A stretch of DNA of 64,000 nucleotides from Xylographa opegraphella (lineage: Eukaryota), in contig JALDZX010000024.1 of the NCBI GenBank assembly GCA_022813865.1, positions 186,001 through 250,000 of the forward strand, read 5' to 3'. The notes below the pieces were generated by a model that had not been told where the DNA came from, did no database searches, and saw only the letters and a list, made by a program, of their open reading frames with translations. Position 1 is the stretch's first letter. Every line of letters starts with the position of its first letter. The position numbers and the translations under genes were made by a program. Positions 25,337 through 39,777 of this stretch are shown one piece after another.

Positions 25337-26578
25337 AGCTCCCCGTCCTTTGACTAAGAATGGAGATGATCCATCACATGGATCACACCCCGCATACAGC
25401 AACGCTCTGTGTTAAGTAAGGTAACCTAGCGACAGGACCGGGCTCGGCACAGTACCGCGACCGAAGAAAAGGAGAGCAGGTCTGGGACTTATGCGAGTGG
25501 AGATAACGATCGAACATACGCAGTCGTAAGCCGGTGGCGTTTGGAAGATTAACAGCGCTTCTTTCATAAAAAGGGAGTGAGGTTTAGTGATTCGTGGTAG
25601 TTTCCCCCTGGCCTCGAAGAGACACTAACTACTTACTAGTCAGGTGTCTGGCAGCTAGTTAGGTAGGATAACAACGCCAACCACTACTGGCGGCGTGGTG
25701 AGCACAGCTTTTCTGATGTTGGCTTCTGATCGCAGTGGCGGTGGTATCGACGATGGATGATGCAGCTATCGTACAGTACGGATGTATAAGCGAGGTGTTC
25801 CCACGAACAGTCAAGCATACTCCGTATCGCTGTCACGAAACAGCGATATGCGCCGAAGCGTCGTTCTGCAAGTCTGACCTTACCTGAGACTACCTATAAT
25901 CTAGGTACCTTAATGGCGGCTGCAGGTACGGAGTAACTTTAATCAGTAGTTAGTCCGATGACGATCTATTCGATTGGGTCGCGGCCAGTCCCACTAGCCA
26001 ACAGCGTTAGCAGTAGCAGTGGCCCTCCTGTGGAAAAGCGTGGGGCTATCTCAGCGATGTGCGGTAGGCTAAAACCATAGGTTGAATTGGATCAATCATC
26101 TTGGATTATTGGGCGGCTGTCTTTTATTTGTCAGTGGATTACTCTACTGGTACTCTGGTCAAAGCCATGATCAGAGCCAGAAAATCATCATCAGAGAAGC
26201 TATCGTGGACGTGTTCGTGGAGGATTATACCTGTCGCACTCCCGACGCTGATTCTTTCCTTGCCTTTCAATAATATCGACAGGAATGGACTATGTACAGC
26301 TTCCCCGTGTATGCGAAACCAGCAACGTAATGATGCCTGAGTGCTCCAGGAACGCCTTCGCTCGCCATGCGGCTTACAACGCTAGCCTGCAAACGCAAAG
26401 TCGCTGGAAGAAACCGTTCCACCGACCGCTATGCTCATGTCAAAGGTACCAAATACACCGAAGTAACACCCGTCCTACGCCTCATGCACGTCGTAACACC
26501 TACACCTCCAAGGAGCACGACAGTGCTCTACAATGCGGTGGCGATCCTCATCGATACGTATGTTCAACAGCTCAAACT

Positions 26579-29500
26579 CTAGAGAAAGGTGTTGCTGTTT
26601 TGTCTCGTGGTCGCTCCTGAGCTGCTGTCACTGCTCGGCGTCTGGATCTCTCCCTCACCAGCCAGGGCGACTTGTTGCCGGATCTCGAAGATCCACTCGG
26701 ACTGCAAGAGCTCGGCTGCACTGGCTCTTCTTCTTGGGTCCCGCTCGAAACACTTTTTCAGAAAATCAACGCCTTTGGTTGACAGCTGATCGCTGCTAGG
26801 CAGCTGTGGTGGGTTGCCCTGTGCGATGTTGTACATGATAGCCCATTCGTTGTCAAGGCTGGCCCATGGTCGCCGACCGGTAGCCATTTCAAGGACAACA
26901 CACCCGAGTGACCAAACGTCAATGGCGCCCTGTCGACCTTCGTTTTGACCTTTGATAACCTCGGGGGACATGTACATAGGGGTTCCAGTCATCGACTTCT
27001 GTTTGCCTTGGGGTCGACCTGCCGGGCCACCGTTTGCTTGATCTCCCATAAGAGTTTTGCCTTGCCGAGCTATCACCTTCGCAGCACCAAAATCTACATA
27101 CTTAATGACACCGTTGTGGTCGAGCAGAATGTCTAAATCATAACATCAGTTACTGCTGCTGGGCGACCCATGAATTGGTCGGACTTACTTTCTGGTTTGA
27201 TGTCACGGTGGACGATGCCGCTCGCATGGAGATTTGCCAAACCTTCGAGCATCTGCAGTGCGTACACCTGTATCACAGTCTCATCCTCAATGCGGCCATG
27301 CTCGAGAAGGTTTGCAAGCGAACCCCCGGAACAATATTCCATGAAAAGGTATACTTTATCCCGGTGAACTTCGATGCCATAATAAGCAACTATGTTGGGG
27401 TGATCCAAGGCCTGGAGGACCCGCATCTCGTTACCGATCTGCTCGACGATGGTTGGAATGACTTGCGGATCCTGGAGTCGAATCTCTTTCACGGCCATGG
27501 AGCGACCCGTGTCAAGATTGAGGGCAGCATAAACGGAGCCGAAAGTCCCTCCACCGACAAAATGCCCCAACTGCCAACGCATAGTGACATTTGTTGCGGA
27601 TGACGATAAAAAGGTCAGTGAGCGATCAGCGTCGTTCGAGTCTTCCAGCACACGCCCGAGAGCTTGTCGCTCAGCTTCCTTGGCCTTTCGTAATTCATCT
27701 ATCTCAGCAAGCTTCTCACACCATTGCTCTCTGACATATTGCGACGCTTCGGCATCATTCCTCATCTTACTAATATCCATTTTGCGTAGCTGGCCTGTGA
27801 GTGCCTCAACTCTTTGCTTTTCAGCTTGAGCGGCAAGACTTGACCGAGCACCCATAATATCAAAATGGGAAATTAGGAGCGACATGCATCCAGCAACTTT
27901 CATACGCAGCCGTGTGAATTCCTCGTCAGTGATGGAGAGTATGTTTGGTCCTCGTGTCATGGCCATGGCAAACTCAAGAGCAACCACAGTCCATCGAAAG
28001 GTTTTTCGATCCGAAGCTATACAGTCATCGCAAATAAAGCTTACCCAGTCAAGCGCAAGTCTGGTAAGCTTCAGATTATTCATCATTCGCCGATTAACGT
28101 CCATGTAGCCGAGAGAGCGCTTTCCGAATTCTGTGGCAAAGGCGAAGCATGTCTGAATTAGTTCTTGATTTTCCAGTCCGCCTGTTTGTTTTCGAATGAT
28201 CTCTACACTCTCCATGATAGTATTAGAGAGCTTATACGTTGTCTTTTTGATTCTACCAAGTTCGACATTCACCCGAGGTAGGTTGGCCCTCATTTCCGTA
28301 ACGACATCCAGCTGCATTCCAGTGGCCTGGACAAAGCTAAGTCTGGCATTTTGTAACCTTTGTTGGGATCCATCGGCGACCAGGCGTAGTCTTCCAGGCC
28401 TTATATCCATAGATAGAGCGCGCACATCCACGTCCATCTTCTTGCCATCCCAATACAATGGCTCGTCCGGACGTAAAATAAGAATATAAGGATTTGAAGG
28501 ATCTTCCATAGCATCTTCAGCATGGAACGATGTGCCGAGGATTGACTGAATTTCTCGAGGTCGGTCGTAGAGAGTAGGGGAGGCGATGAGAAAAACGCCG
28601 TCGTGCTCGACAAATGCTGTATAGATTAAGAAATGACCCGATCCGACTAGTGCGTCATATAGTTCTTGTAGTTGACGAGGTTGCAGAGTAATGTTATATT
28701 CTGTAGCATTTTCGAATCGTTGTCCAAGAAGTCTCGAAAAGCGGAACAGTTTTCGTTGACGAACACGAACAGAATCCAGGATCTGCTTGTATCGCTTGTC
28801 CATTTCAAGAACGTTCTCTTCCGGTCTTCTTTGTAGCTCGCGCTCAAAATGTACTGTTAACCGCTGCAGCGACTTTGCTGTAAGTCCGCTGAACTGCTCA
28901 GCAACCTCAACATCTCCTCCATCCAAGTATCTTCCAATCTCGTTACAGATTTCCCATTCAAGCTCAAGAATCTCTGCTTCTTTGAATGTGTTCTTGTTCA
29001 TCACAAGTTTAGAATTCAACATTCTGAAGTAGAATTTGAGTGCATCAAGCACGACAAGATCGAAATTCTCATCAATGCAAGGAGGCAATTCCCAGCCAGC
29101 CTCTGGTTGCGAGACGATCGTATAGTCGTTCTTTATCCGTACCGCAAGTTTAAGCAATATCTGGAACTGCGAGATTATCTGCGCGGCCATCATGAACCCT
29201 TGCTGACCAGGATCTTTCATCTTCTTCGCGTATTGTAATCTCATCCGGATGATTTCCTGGATGAGTCTTGAGGGAAAATTTATTAGTATCAGAAGCTCTT
29301 CAATATATGGAGGGAGATGTCGCAGGGCGAATGACTCCGCATTCTCAATCAAGGTGACTTTGGCCTTGCGTATAACATCAGCGACTCCGAGAAGCATACT
29401 ATGATCTCCTTGCAATGATTTGAGGCCGTCCTCCTTGAGAATGCGATCGAGGAATGAGGAATCGTCGGTAAGGCCTGCACCATTTGGGCCCCCTCTATCT

Positions 29501-30765
29501 CTTGTCCTCGCAAAGTCAAGATCGTCGTTACCGACCCAGCCTTGCAAGATAGCCAGTTCCGTGTTGATTAACTCTGTTGTATTGTGCCACGAGACGACTG
29601 CGTTGCAGCTGGCCTTGAAAGCGTCCGATGCAGCTCGTGGCATCGCCTCCTCGAACGCAGCTCTTGTAGGATAATGACTTTCACACCGCTCAATAATCTG
29701 TACAACATCTTCGACCTGTTTCACGGCCGGTTTCCCTGCTTCAGTTTCTCCTTTGATCTGGAATGCAATAATGGTCTCAATATCGGCATTCATTGCCGTC
29801 CTGCCCTCCTCAATCATCCGTCTTTGGGCTGCAACGCTGCGACCACATACCCTGGACCTTACTCCAATCCATATCTCGTTTTTAAGCGCCTTGTCTCCTT
29901 TCTGTTCCGTTGTTCCGATCAATCGCTGCTTTTCCTGTTTTACGACATCGCCCTTAAGAACCGAGGCAAGCATTGTATGCCACTCCAGCCGTTCCCTGTT
30001 TTCCGGGACTTGTAATTCCTCGGAAGACGGTTGTATCTCATCGTTGTTGTAGAAGAGCTGGGTATCTTGGTCGTATGTATCGTTGTCGAGGTGTATATCT
30101 GATGATGGGGAGTCCTCGTCGGTGTCGGAGTCCGTGCTATAACCAAGACTTGGTGTATAAGGCTCTCCGCTGAAATATGCGTTATTCCCATCTTGCCTTA
30201 ATTGCTGTATATAGGCCTTCTCCTGGGCTCGATATTGTGCATTGGGATCTCGTCGGACACGTGTTCCGGATGACGAGCGTTGACGATTGCTCTGAAGTGA
30301 TATGAAATGCGGGTGTGGCTTTCTTTGAGGATTGTAGGTATTGGAAGGCGTACGTAGCGGTGCTGCAGGTCGCAGAGGTCGAGAACTCGCATTACCATTG
30401 GGTCCCATTGGGGGTCCATCCACTCCACTGGTAATTCCTATTGTACTTCCTCCTCTGGACCTTGGTTGCCCGTATGTGTTCCAAGACGGCGGAGCTGAAG
30501 AGTAGCCTGAAGGAGTGAAGTTATCTATGGTTGAGGTAGGGATGTATTGAGCCTGGCTCGGTTCTTCGAAGAAGCTCGAATCGTGACGTGGGTTTGGCTG
30601 CTCGAGTGAGAAGTCATCGAGGTCACCGGAACTCCCAGAGTCCTGCACGCCAGACTCCGAATGCTCCATAACCTGCGGGAGCCGTTTGGCGGTGATCCGA
30701 CTCTGATCCGCTGGCTTCTCTCGAGCTTTTGCGCGTGGTGACTGTTCCACGGCATTAACGCTCAT
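26579..30765 (-). CDS. SSK2: HOG-pathway MAP kinase kinase kinase Ssk2/Wis4
   Basis: RERLEWHTMLASVLKGDVVKQEK N-terminal block. Kinase motifs GGGTFGSVY, MAVKEI, HRDIKPE|NILL (intron 27188-27133), DFG and GTPMYMSPE. Confidence 0.95.
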
Positions 30766-32802
30766 CTTGAAGGCTATCTAAGCTTGGCAACGTGTTCACG
30801 TGATTGTGGATTGACTAGTTGAAATGTAAGCATTGCATAAACCAAGACTTTCTTTGCGGCGTTGCAATACAGGCATGCCACGCATGAGCTCTCTGGTGTG
30901 TCTCTTGTACGACCAAAGAATTCTCTCGACAAGGAGACCTTTTTGGCAGGAACTAACAGCAGATGCACGCTCGCCATTAGCACAGCCACTTGAGCCACAC
31001 GAAATGACACGAAGAAACCGGATTACGAAAATCTTGGACTAGGACCAGGATAAGCTCTCCGCACTCCGACCGATTAAGTTAGAGGACATCCATTAAGGTT
31101 CTGCATCATTGTCCTCGGTTCTCGGACGGCTTTCTCGAGTCTCGCTGTGATCACGCTGAAATTGGACGAAGCCTTGGAGATTGATGATGCAGTATTCGGT
31201 ACCTATGGCGCGCTTGTTCTACCACACTTCGTGGAAGACAAAAGGTGCTTCGGCGACCAGAGGCTATCCGCCCTCGGTCAGACGGTTGATGGGAGCCGCC
31301 AACAACCTAAAAGGCTACCTAAACCTAAGCAGTCTTAAAATAAATGCTGTGCATCGCGTCTCCAGCTCGGTTTTTGCCGGGCCTCTTCGCTCGAAATTCG
31401 AGGCGGCATCGGTATGAGTGATCATATAGAAAATGGGGATATTACTAGGCATAGGATTGGCAGTACTTCACAATCATACCATTCGCTTTCGCACCTTCCA
31501 ACATTGAGGTCTTGAGAGCAAGACGATAGTTGATCAGCGAACGACACGGCACACTTTGATAGGGATGCAGACTCGAGAAAAGGGTGCTACGATGACTGAG
31601 TTTTGATGTCTCCCTCATCCTTTACTCAGGCTCCGGTCAGAACTAATCTCGAGCGTAACCTCCTCTTAGGCATTGCGGGTTGCTCTTCTACTCGATCGCC
31701 AGTTACAAGGATGCCTGAAGAACAGCATCTGATGCCGTTTGCTGGAAAGAAAAGGTTTCTTGGAGGCCCGCGCTTGTAAACGCAAGCAGCTTCAACGCAC
31801 CACTTATGCCCCTATTGGCCGTATATTTCAGCATGCTGCTCATACACATGTGTAAGGTAGCTCGGTAGGTACGATTGAATATGATTAGCACTGCGGCGTT
31901 GAGGGTCCTGCGGCGTCGCGGGCGGAAGTTGAGTGCCGATAAGGCCTTCTCCACAGGTCCTTGAAGCTATGAAAGCATCATTCTCTACGCACAGCTCCCG
32001 AATCTTCGATGAAGGGAAGGCCGATGATTATCTGATGCTATGTCGTCCGTTTCTTAAAGTGCGTTCGGCGGTAGTTCCCGCGGATGAAGCTGTAGGTTCC
32101 CGCGAACGTAGAAGCAAATAGGCCTTATCCGCGAAAGCTGTCGGCCCGCCTTCTTTGTTGTTGTTGAGTAACAATTATTTCTACGACTCGGTTACTGGAT
32201 AAGGACGGACCAGTAATATTCTCCGCTATTGCTCGGTGACACCTCCGGAACGACTTGCATTGGACAAGATTTCACGACTACAACTGGAGCGAGACGTGTT
32301 TTGTGGTCGCTATTTACCATGTATCCGTCCAAGGTACGATTCAAGAAGACGACCATCCAATCTCGATCACACCGCAACCTCGTATAATAGAAATATGGTT
32401 GCAAGGCACGGTAAGATGGAATGATTGTGACTTCATATAAGAATGAGCCTGCCCCTGGGCCTAACCCCCACACCGTCGCCTGCCAGAACCGGCTGAGCTG
32501 CAGAGTCGCACTGATGCCATTGGCCGAGGATGCTTAGCGGCCACCTAATTTTCTTTCCAGGGTCTCGGCTCACAGCACCAGTTACACAACCTCATCACAA
32601 TCAATGATCTTTCGCTGCTCGCCGTGTCCTGGAAAAAGCAATAGCATGAATGAGGCAACTGGCCGAGTCCAGTATGGTATTCGTTCAGGCACTAGCGGAG
32701 AGCCAATTGCTGTCGCGTGTGGCGCACGTCGTTACTCGCGGCCGGTCCCATACGTATCTCTGACAGGTGGGGAAATCCCTCATAGCCCGCTCAACTGCTC
32801 AC

Positions 32803-33175
32803 TTATCACTCATTTATCATACACCATAGCATCTACCAATTTGGCCGAGATAGTTTTATCGTCAACGTCGGTTACTGCGATGGATTTTGGCATAGCAGGA
32901 TTGTGAGAGCGTTCGCTTCGAAGCGGCTTGTTGAGCACACGTCTGGAGGCGATAGAGCTTAGCCGTGCCCTAACTAGTTTCATCCGCGAGTGTATCTTCA
33001 TGCGCGCCAACAACCTCTCGTCGCAACTTCACCACCTTCGACCTCATCCGCATTTTGTGGACCGTCGCCTAACGACTGTGCAGCACTCCGGCTTCTATCT
33101 GAAACACTTTCATCATACCCTGTCTGCTTGAAGCCTCGCTGCAAAGTACTCACGTTTAAATCTTCCACGATAATC
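32803..33175. promoter_or_regulatory. Cluster of GATA elements (candidate AreA/Nit2 nitrogen-regulation sites) upstream of the ammonium transporter
   Basis: TTATCA at 32803 and 32814, AGATAG at 32848, TTATCG at 32856, CGATAG at 32950, and further GATA cores near 33095 and 33169. Confidence 0.6.
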
Positions 33176-33203
33176 CTCTCAACCTTCCTTGACTACGTTC
33201 ATC

Positions 33204-35069
33204 ATGCCTGACGGTCTCAACACCACTGCTCCTGACCTCAGTAGCCTTAACTACACGGTGCTCGAGCCTTACAATGGCACGATTCCTACCGGAGGCAATT
33301 CGCTCACCCAGAATCTCAATGTTTTCTATGAGGTACGTTCGCTGCCTTTTGCTGCGGTGTCGAGCGTGGCCGACGACAGGAGCCATTTGCTAATGCCATT
33401 GTATAGTCTGGTGATATTGCCTGGATGCTGATCTCAACTGCTCTTGTCCTGCTCATGATTCCCGGCGTCGGGTACGTGTTTACTACAATACCTTGCCCAT
33501 GCTCCCAAACCGGTAGCTAACAAGATCGCAGATTCTTCTACTCTGGTCTTGCCCGCAGGAAGTCTGCTCTATCCTTGATATGGCTCTCTATGATGGCCAC
33601 TGGTGTTATCTCCTTCCAATGGTTTTTCTGGGGATTTTCACTTGCGTTCTCGCATAGTGCTGGAAGGTTCTACGGAGACCTATCCAACTTTGCCTTCATG
33701 AACACCTTGGCAGGACCGTCAGTCGGTAGTGAGCGGATCCCAGATCTACTGTTCGCCGTGTACCAAGGCATGTTTGCTGCGATCACGTATGGTCACCTCT
33801 GTTTGTCAGCGAGGATATTTTCATTTAGCTAACTTCCATACCAGTGTTGCCTTGGCTGTTGGCGCGGTCGCTGAGCGCGGTCGTATGCTGCCCTGTGTCA
33901 TTTTCATGCTCGTCTGGTCCACTCTCATCTATGATGCCATCGCATGTTGGACATGGAACCCTGCCGGGTGGGTATATCAGATGGGTGGTCTGGACTTTGC
34001 AGGAGGGACTCCGGTGCACATTTCCTCTGGTATTGAAGCGACGCATAACGAGGGTGGCCGATCATAGAGCTGACTCTTGACAGGGTCCGCAGCACTGGCT
34101 TACTCATTGATGCTTGGGAAGAGACGTGGATTTCGTACTTCGGAGCTCAACTTTCGTCCTCACAATGTCACTCATGTGGTGATTGGCACTGTATTCCTAT
34201 GGGTTGGTTGGTTCGGGTTCAATGCGGGTTCCGCTCTCAGTGCCAACAACCGTGCCGTCATGGCTGCTGTCGTTACTAACCTTGCAGCTTCGACCGGTGG
34301 TGTTGTCTGGTGTCTTATCGATTATAGGCTTGAGAAGAGGTGGTCAGCTGTCGGATTCTGCTCTGGGGTTGTCGCCGGCCTTGTTGCCATCACCCCAGGG
34401 TCAGGCTTTTGCCCAGCTTGGTCTGCAATTGTCTTCGGAATCTGTGCGGCGGCTTGTTGCAATTATGCCACCAAACTCAAATATGTCTTTAATATCGATG
34501 ACTCCCTAGACATCTTCGCTGTACACACAATCGGTGGATTGGTTGGGAACATCTGTACTGGTTTTTTCGCAGCGTGAGCTTTGAGCGTTGTACTCCCCAA
34601 CAGCGATCTTCTTACTAACAGCTTTTAGCGACTACATAGCGCATCTGGATGGAGTTACAGTCATCAAAGGCGGTTGGCTCAACCATCACTGGGTCCAGCT
34701 TGGCTATCAGCTTGCTGACTCGGTTACGGGCTTTGTATACTCCTTTGTAGGATCCTGCATCATCCTGTTCTTCATCAACCTTATCCCAGGATGTAGTCTC
34801 CGCGCTAGCGAAGAGTCTGAGATCCTTGGTATGGATGAAACTGAGATTGGCGAGTTTGCCGTAAGTCACGTGGTATGTTATAGAGGTATATCTGCTAATA
34901 CTGTTGACAGTACGACTACGTTGAGCTCAAACGCGATGTCGTTCAAATCAATGCTACCCATGTTGTTACCGATAGTAGCTCCAAGTTTTCTGAAGAACCC
35001 GGCGACTCGCCATTGGCTCCTGATGAGAAGCAATTTCCAATGGTCCAAATGCCGAAGGCCCGCAACTAA
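33204..35069 (+). CDS. MEP/Amt ammonium transporter, twin-His (Mep2/MepA-like) type
   Basis: Seven exons. LLMIPGVG|FFYSGLARRKSAL, YQGMFAAIT, GAVAERGR, DFAGGTPVHISSG, WVGWFGFNAGS, DDSLDIFAVH and EIGEFA|YDYVE. Both pore histidines are present. Confidence 0.96.
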
Positions 35070-36302
35070 AGCTGTTCACAAATCCCGGTAAACGTCTCGA
35101 AATTTTCCATGGGCTCAATTTATTAGGATCAACATACTCAATACACTATTTCCAGTTCTACAGCGCCTTTGTCGTTGCTTGTGGGTATTTGGTATTGCAG
35201 AGCCTGGAGTTTCGTACGACGGGCGTATCTGACCGGATATTACTAGGATATGGCGGTACATCAAGTAAGGTGTATGTCCTCTGGTGGAGGTTACTAACTA
35301 TGGAATCGGCTTTTGTATCGAAAGTTGTCGGGACTTTAACAACAGTCTGAATCTGGTTGTGAACTGTTTATGACAGTGCAAAGTACGTGGCGAGGCTATC
35401 ATAAATCTACGGCTATGTTATAGTGCTGTTGTCAGTACTATCTTACGGAACGGAACTGTCTACCTAGTAATCTACGTAGGTACAGTGCTTCTGCGGCTCA
35501 TTCCTGGTAGCCTTTTGAACACACTGAAGCGCCTCCGAAATATTCTATGTATGACGGTGGCTAGGTAGTTCAAACAATTACTCGGACGTTCCTGACATGC
35601 ATACCGTGAACAGGAGGGGTTGATCCTGTCAAAGTCCATCAATACTTGAGATCAGTGTTGTAGATGTCGATTGAAAGGAACGCTGGATAGTAGATCGGCA
35701 ATTTAGAAGGTCGCTCGGGAATACAGCAGTACCATATTTGGTCAGTTAGCAGCAAAATGAGGCCGCTTCCCGTTGATCCGGTTCTGTACATTTGATATTG
35801 ATCTGTGGAGTCAGCGGCGCGTATCCTGTAAGCCCATCGAGCTACTAAAAAGAATTACTTGTGCAGAGCTACGGACTTGTCATACTTATAATTCAACATC
35901 TCGCCTATGGTAGAATATCTGATACATTCTTTACTACGCAGTTTTATTTTCCTGTAAACAACAAAATAGTAATGACATTGCCATTCGACTTTTCAAATGC
36001 TTTCAGGACGAAAACCTGGGTCACGTGAGACTGCGCAGCTTAAGGTAGCCTCTGCATGCATCTCGAGAATGCCACTATCTCTTGTTGGGCAGGTGGACTG
36101 CCATACCTTGGACCTACGTCCACCGACATGCTCGTTCCCCAGCATTTCGTACGTCATTGGATCGTTATCAGCACACACTTACATGCAGATTTGATGTTCA
36201 TCCGGAAGGTCTGATTAGTTTGGGGGACCTGCAGGTACATATGCAGCAAAAGCCCAGCATGTCTACTCCATCGTTGCTCCACTGTTGCGCAAGGATTTCA
36301 CC

Positions 36303-38148
36303 ATGTTCTTCTTCGGTGCTGCTCTTTCTGTTTTGGCTTTGGTATCCACAGCTACTGCTCAATTCGTTCCTGCCCCGACGGACTTGAGAACCGCAAAAGG
36401 GTATGCCGGGTTCACTGTGCGATACAAGCAAGTTCCCGCGGGCATCTGTGAGCTAGACCCGAGTGTCAAAAGCTACGCGGGCTACGTAGATGTCGCTCCT
36501 GACCAGCATATTTTCTTCTGGTTCTTCGAGGCTCGAGCCAAAGATCCGTCAAGCGCCCCCCTCAGTGTGTGGATCAATGGCGGCCCAGGCTCTTCGTCGA
36601 TGATAGGCTTGTTCCAAGAGAATGGTCCTTGTGGCATAGATGCAAACGGTGATGTGGTCAACAATCCTTATTCGTGGTCGACAGTGAGCAATATGATCTA
36701 CATAGACCAGCCGACTCAGACAGGGTTTTCTTACTCGATTCCAATTCCTGGATACGTGGATGCGAACACCGATAACGTGATTGAGCTGCCGGGTACCCAC
36801 TGTCCCGAGTACGCTGCGGGTTCTTGTGGCACTTACTCATATCCAAACTTGACACTCACGGCCAATGCTACCGCTGCAGCCGCCCCCAACATGTGGGCGA
36901 CACTTCAAGGCTTCATGGGCGCTTTCCCCCAGTACTCTAGAGAAAGCTTCAATTTTGCCACGGAGAGTTATGGTAAAACCATCTTGCAATGTAATAATCC
37001 CATAAAGTATGACTGAAGCTCGATGTAGGTGGCCACTACGGCCCTGTCTTTAACGAATACATCGAGACCCAGAATGCCAAAAACATCCCCGGCGCCCACA
37101 AGATCAATCTCGAGACCGTCCTGATCGGAAACGGCTGGTTCAGCCCTCTCCTCCAATACGCCGCCTATTACAACTTCACCGTGTCCCCGGGGAACACATA
37201 CGGCGTCCACTTCAACGAGTCCGTCTCGAACCAGATGTACAACAACATGTACGGCCCGGGCAACTGCGCGGATCAGCTTAACGACTGCGCCGCCCGCGGC
37301 ATCGACGAGGTCTGCACCGCTGCCGACAACTTCTGCGCCAACGAAGTGGAGGAGCTGTACGACCTCAACCTGGGAAGGGACGAATACGACATCAGGGAGC
37401 TGACGCCCGATCCATTCCCGTACGAATACTACGTTGACTACCTGAACACGCCCAAGGTCCAGTCCGCCATCGGGGCCTATCAGAATTACTCCGAGTTCTC
37501 GAACGCCGTCGGCCTCGCCTTCCAGTCCACCGGCGACGACGGCCGCGAAGACGGCACCGTCGCGGACCTCGGCAAGCTGCTGGCGCAGAACGTCACCGTC
37601 ATGATGTACACGGGCGACGCGGACTACATCTGCAACTGTAAGTCCACCCCGAACCCCCCCCATCCCCCATAAGCCCCGCCCCTGGCTAACATCCCTTCTT
37701 TTTCCCAGGGCTCGGCACCGAAGCCGTCTCCCTCCTCGTCCCGGCCCTCCGCTTCTCCGCCGCGGGCTACACCAACCTCTCGACCATCGACGGCGTCGTG
37801 CACGGCCAAGTCAAGCAAGCGGGCGCGTTCAGCTTCGTGCGCGTGTACGAGTCCGGCCACGAGGTGCCCTTCTACCAGCCGCTCGCGGCGCTGACCATCT
37901 TCGAGCGCGCCATCGCCCACGCGGACATCGCGACCGGCACGCTGGCCGTGCCGCCAGGCAGCGCCTACAAGAGCGTCGGCACGCCGAAGAGTACCTATCG
38001 CCAGGGCGGGGCCACCGTGCAGCACAAGGTCTTGCCGCCGGATGCGACGTACAATACCACGACGAACGCGCCGAATCCGCCGAAGGGGGCGAAGGAGAGG
38101 AGGGGGAGGGGGGGGAGGAGGCTGGGGAGGAGGGGAGGGAGGGGGTGA
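36303..38148 (+). CDS. Secreted serine carboxypeptidase, family S10
   Basis: Signal-peptide-like N-terminus. WINGGPGSSSM, IDQPTQTGFSY, TESYG|GHY (intron 36973-37028), GDADYICN|W (intron 37638-37708) and SGHEVPFYQP. Confidence 0.95.
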
Positions 38149-39777
38149 TTGTCTGGTTGGGGGGGTGGTGAGACTGGGCGGTCGAGATTGATCATCCAAG
38201 ATATTCTCTCAGGAGCCTTGATCTCTCAAAGACATTGGTCGGCGAAATCTATCCGAAGATACATTACTATGTACATCTTGGACATAGACTCCTACGGGGA
38301 CTACATTTGTGCAAGATAAAACAAATAAATATACATTTCGGTTCTGATATGAAACCCTACTTGATCAAACAAGCCAAAAGGGTTTCCCCCAAACGCGAGA
38401 CCGTCCCCCCAAGCCCCCCCCTTCACAAGTCCCTTCCACGCAGCACACCTCGGTACGCGTTCCGCCTTCACTCCGTAACCGGCACCAGATCCCACACGTG
38501 CACAACCACTTTCCATCGGACGGGCTGCCGCTATCCTAGCCGGAGAGGCTGCGACGGAGGCTCTTTAGCCACCAAGGACCATCGCCAGAGAGAGAAAGGG
38601 AGAGAAAAGCCATCCATCAAAGCCAGCCGAACATATCAACCATATCACACAGACATCTCACGCGCACGCGCAAACGATCCCAGGGCTCCAGGAGACCGTC
38701 CTATCCCACAACGAAACCTGTGACGTGAAAGACAGGATCCCTCTCAGCCGAGAGAAGCCGTCTCTTATCTTGATCCCAGAAAGGAGCAAAAAAATCCCGG
38801 TTGGACGAAAGCCAGCCGGACCGTTCCTCCGTACTCGTAACGGCAGGCTCATATAGCTCACACCACGAAACGTACACCCTGACTGATAGAACCATAACCC
38901 GCTGGCCGCGACGCCAGCGGAAGAAAGCCGAGCAATGGTCAACGAGCTCAGACGGCCCATCAGCACATCGCCGTACCTGCCTCGAAGGGAGGGCTCCAGC
39001 GCCTACCAGCTGTGCCCGGTCGCTCTTTTGCAGGAGTGTAAGTCACCACCGGCCGTTGTTTGTGGCACGGAGCACGGATACCAAAGGGTACGTCTCACAC
39101 AAGCTACCGTGGTGTTGGTAGTGGCGAAACAAAGTAAGTGCGGACGAGGTGTCGACGTCGATGATCTTTCAGCAGAGGGATTCATTCGGGCCGCGACGCT
39201 GTGGCAGTCCGCGTGGATGGCTCTCTGCTGAGACGGTCGCGGAAATGCCTGCCTGCCTACCTCGTCACCGAGGCGCTTTGAAGCGCTTTCTTCGAGGATC
39301 CGGGCTTTAAGCGGCTGCTGAATCACTCGGCCTGTGCGCCTGTCCTCGTTAAGGCAACGATGGTGAGCGTCGTACGCAGCATTTGGCTGCGAGCAAGTTC
39401 AGTAATAGTGACATGTTACGAGAGGGCTTGAGCTGGAGGGGATGACCCAATATTGTTCATGAGCGTAAAGGAACGAAAAAGAAAAAGAAAGGGGCGCTGG
39501 GGAAGGGCTTAGGACAGAAATACCACGCGAGTGACGAACAAGATAGACTAAGGATAAGAATTTCTTGTGAGGGCGACAACCATCAGTTGCACGGCTGACC
39601 GCCCCAACGCAAGTCTAGCTGTCGCTGCTGTACACGTGGAGGGACTTCGCCGCTAAACTTGCTCAAATTGAGCGTGTGGGCAAAACCAGCCTAGCCCGTT
39701 TTCCCTTATAGCTAATTCTGGAGTTTTTTTGAATCGCACATCATACACAAGTATGTAACTCCGCCCTCAAACACCGC

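Noticed and set aside
26082..26273. 63-aa ORF with a hydrophobic N-terminus
   Set aside because: It has a TTG start, lies antisense to the probable SSK2 3' region and shows no recognisable motif.
38090..38148. RGG-like basic tail on the carboxypeptidase
   Set aside because: It is encoded by a G/A homopolymer-rich tract and is more likely compositional drift than an RNA-binding motif on a secreted enzyme.
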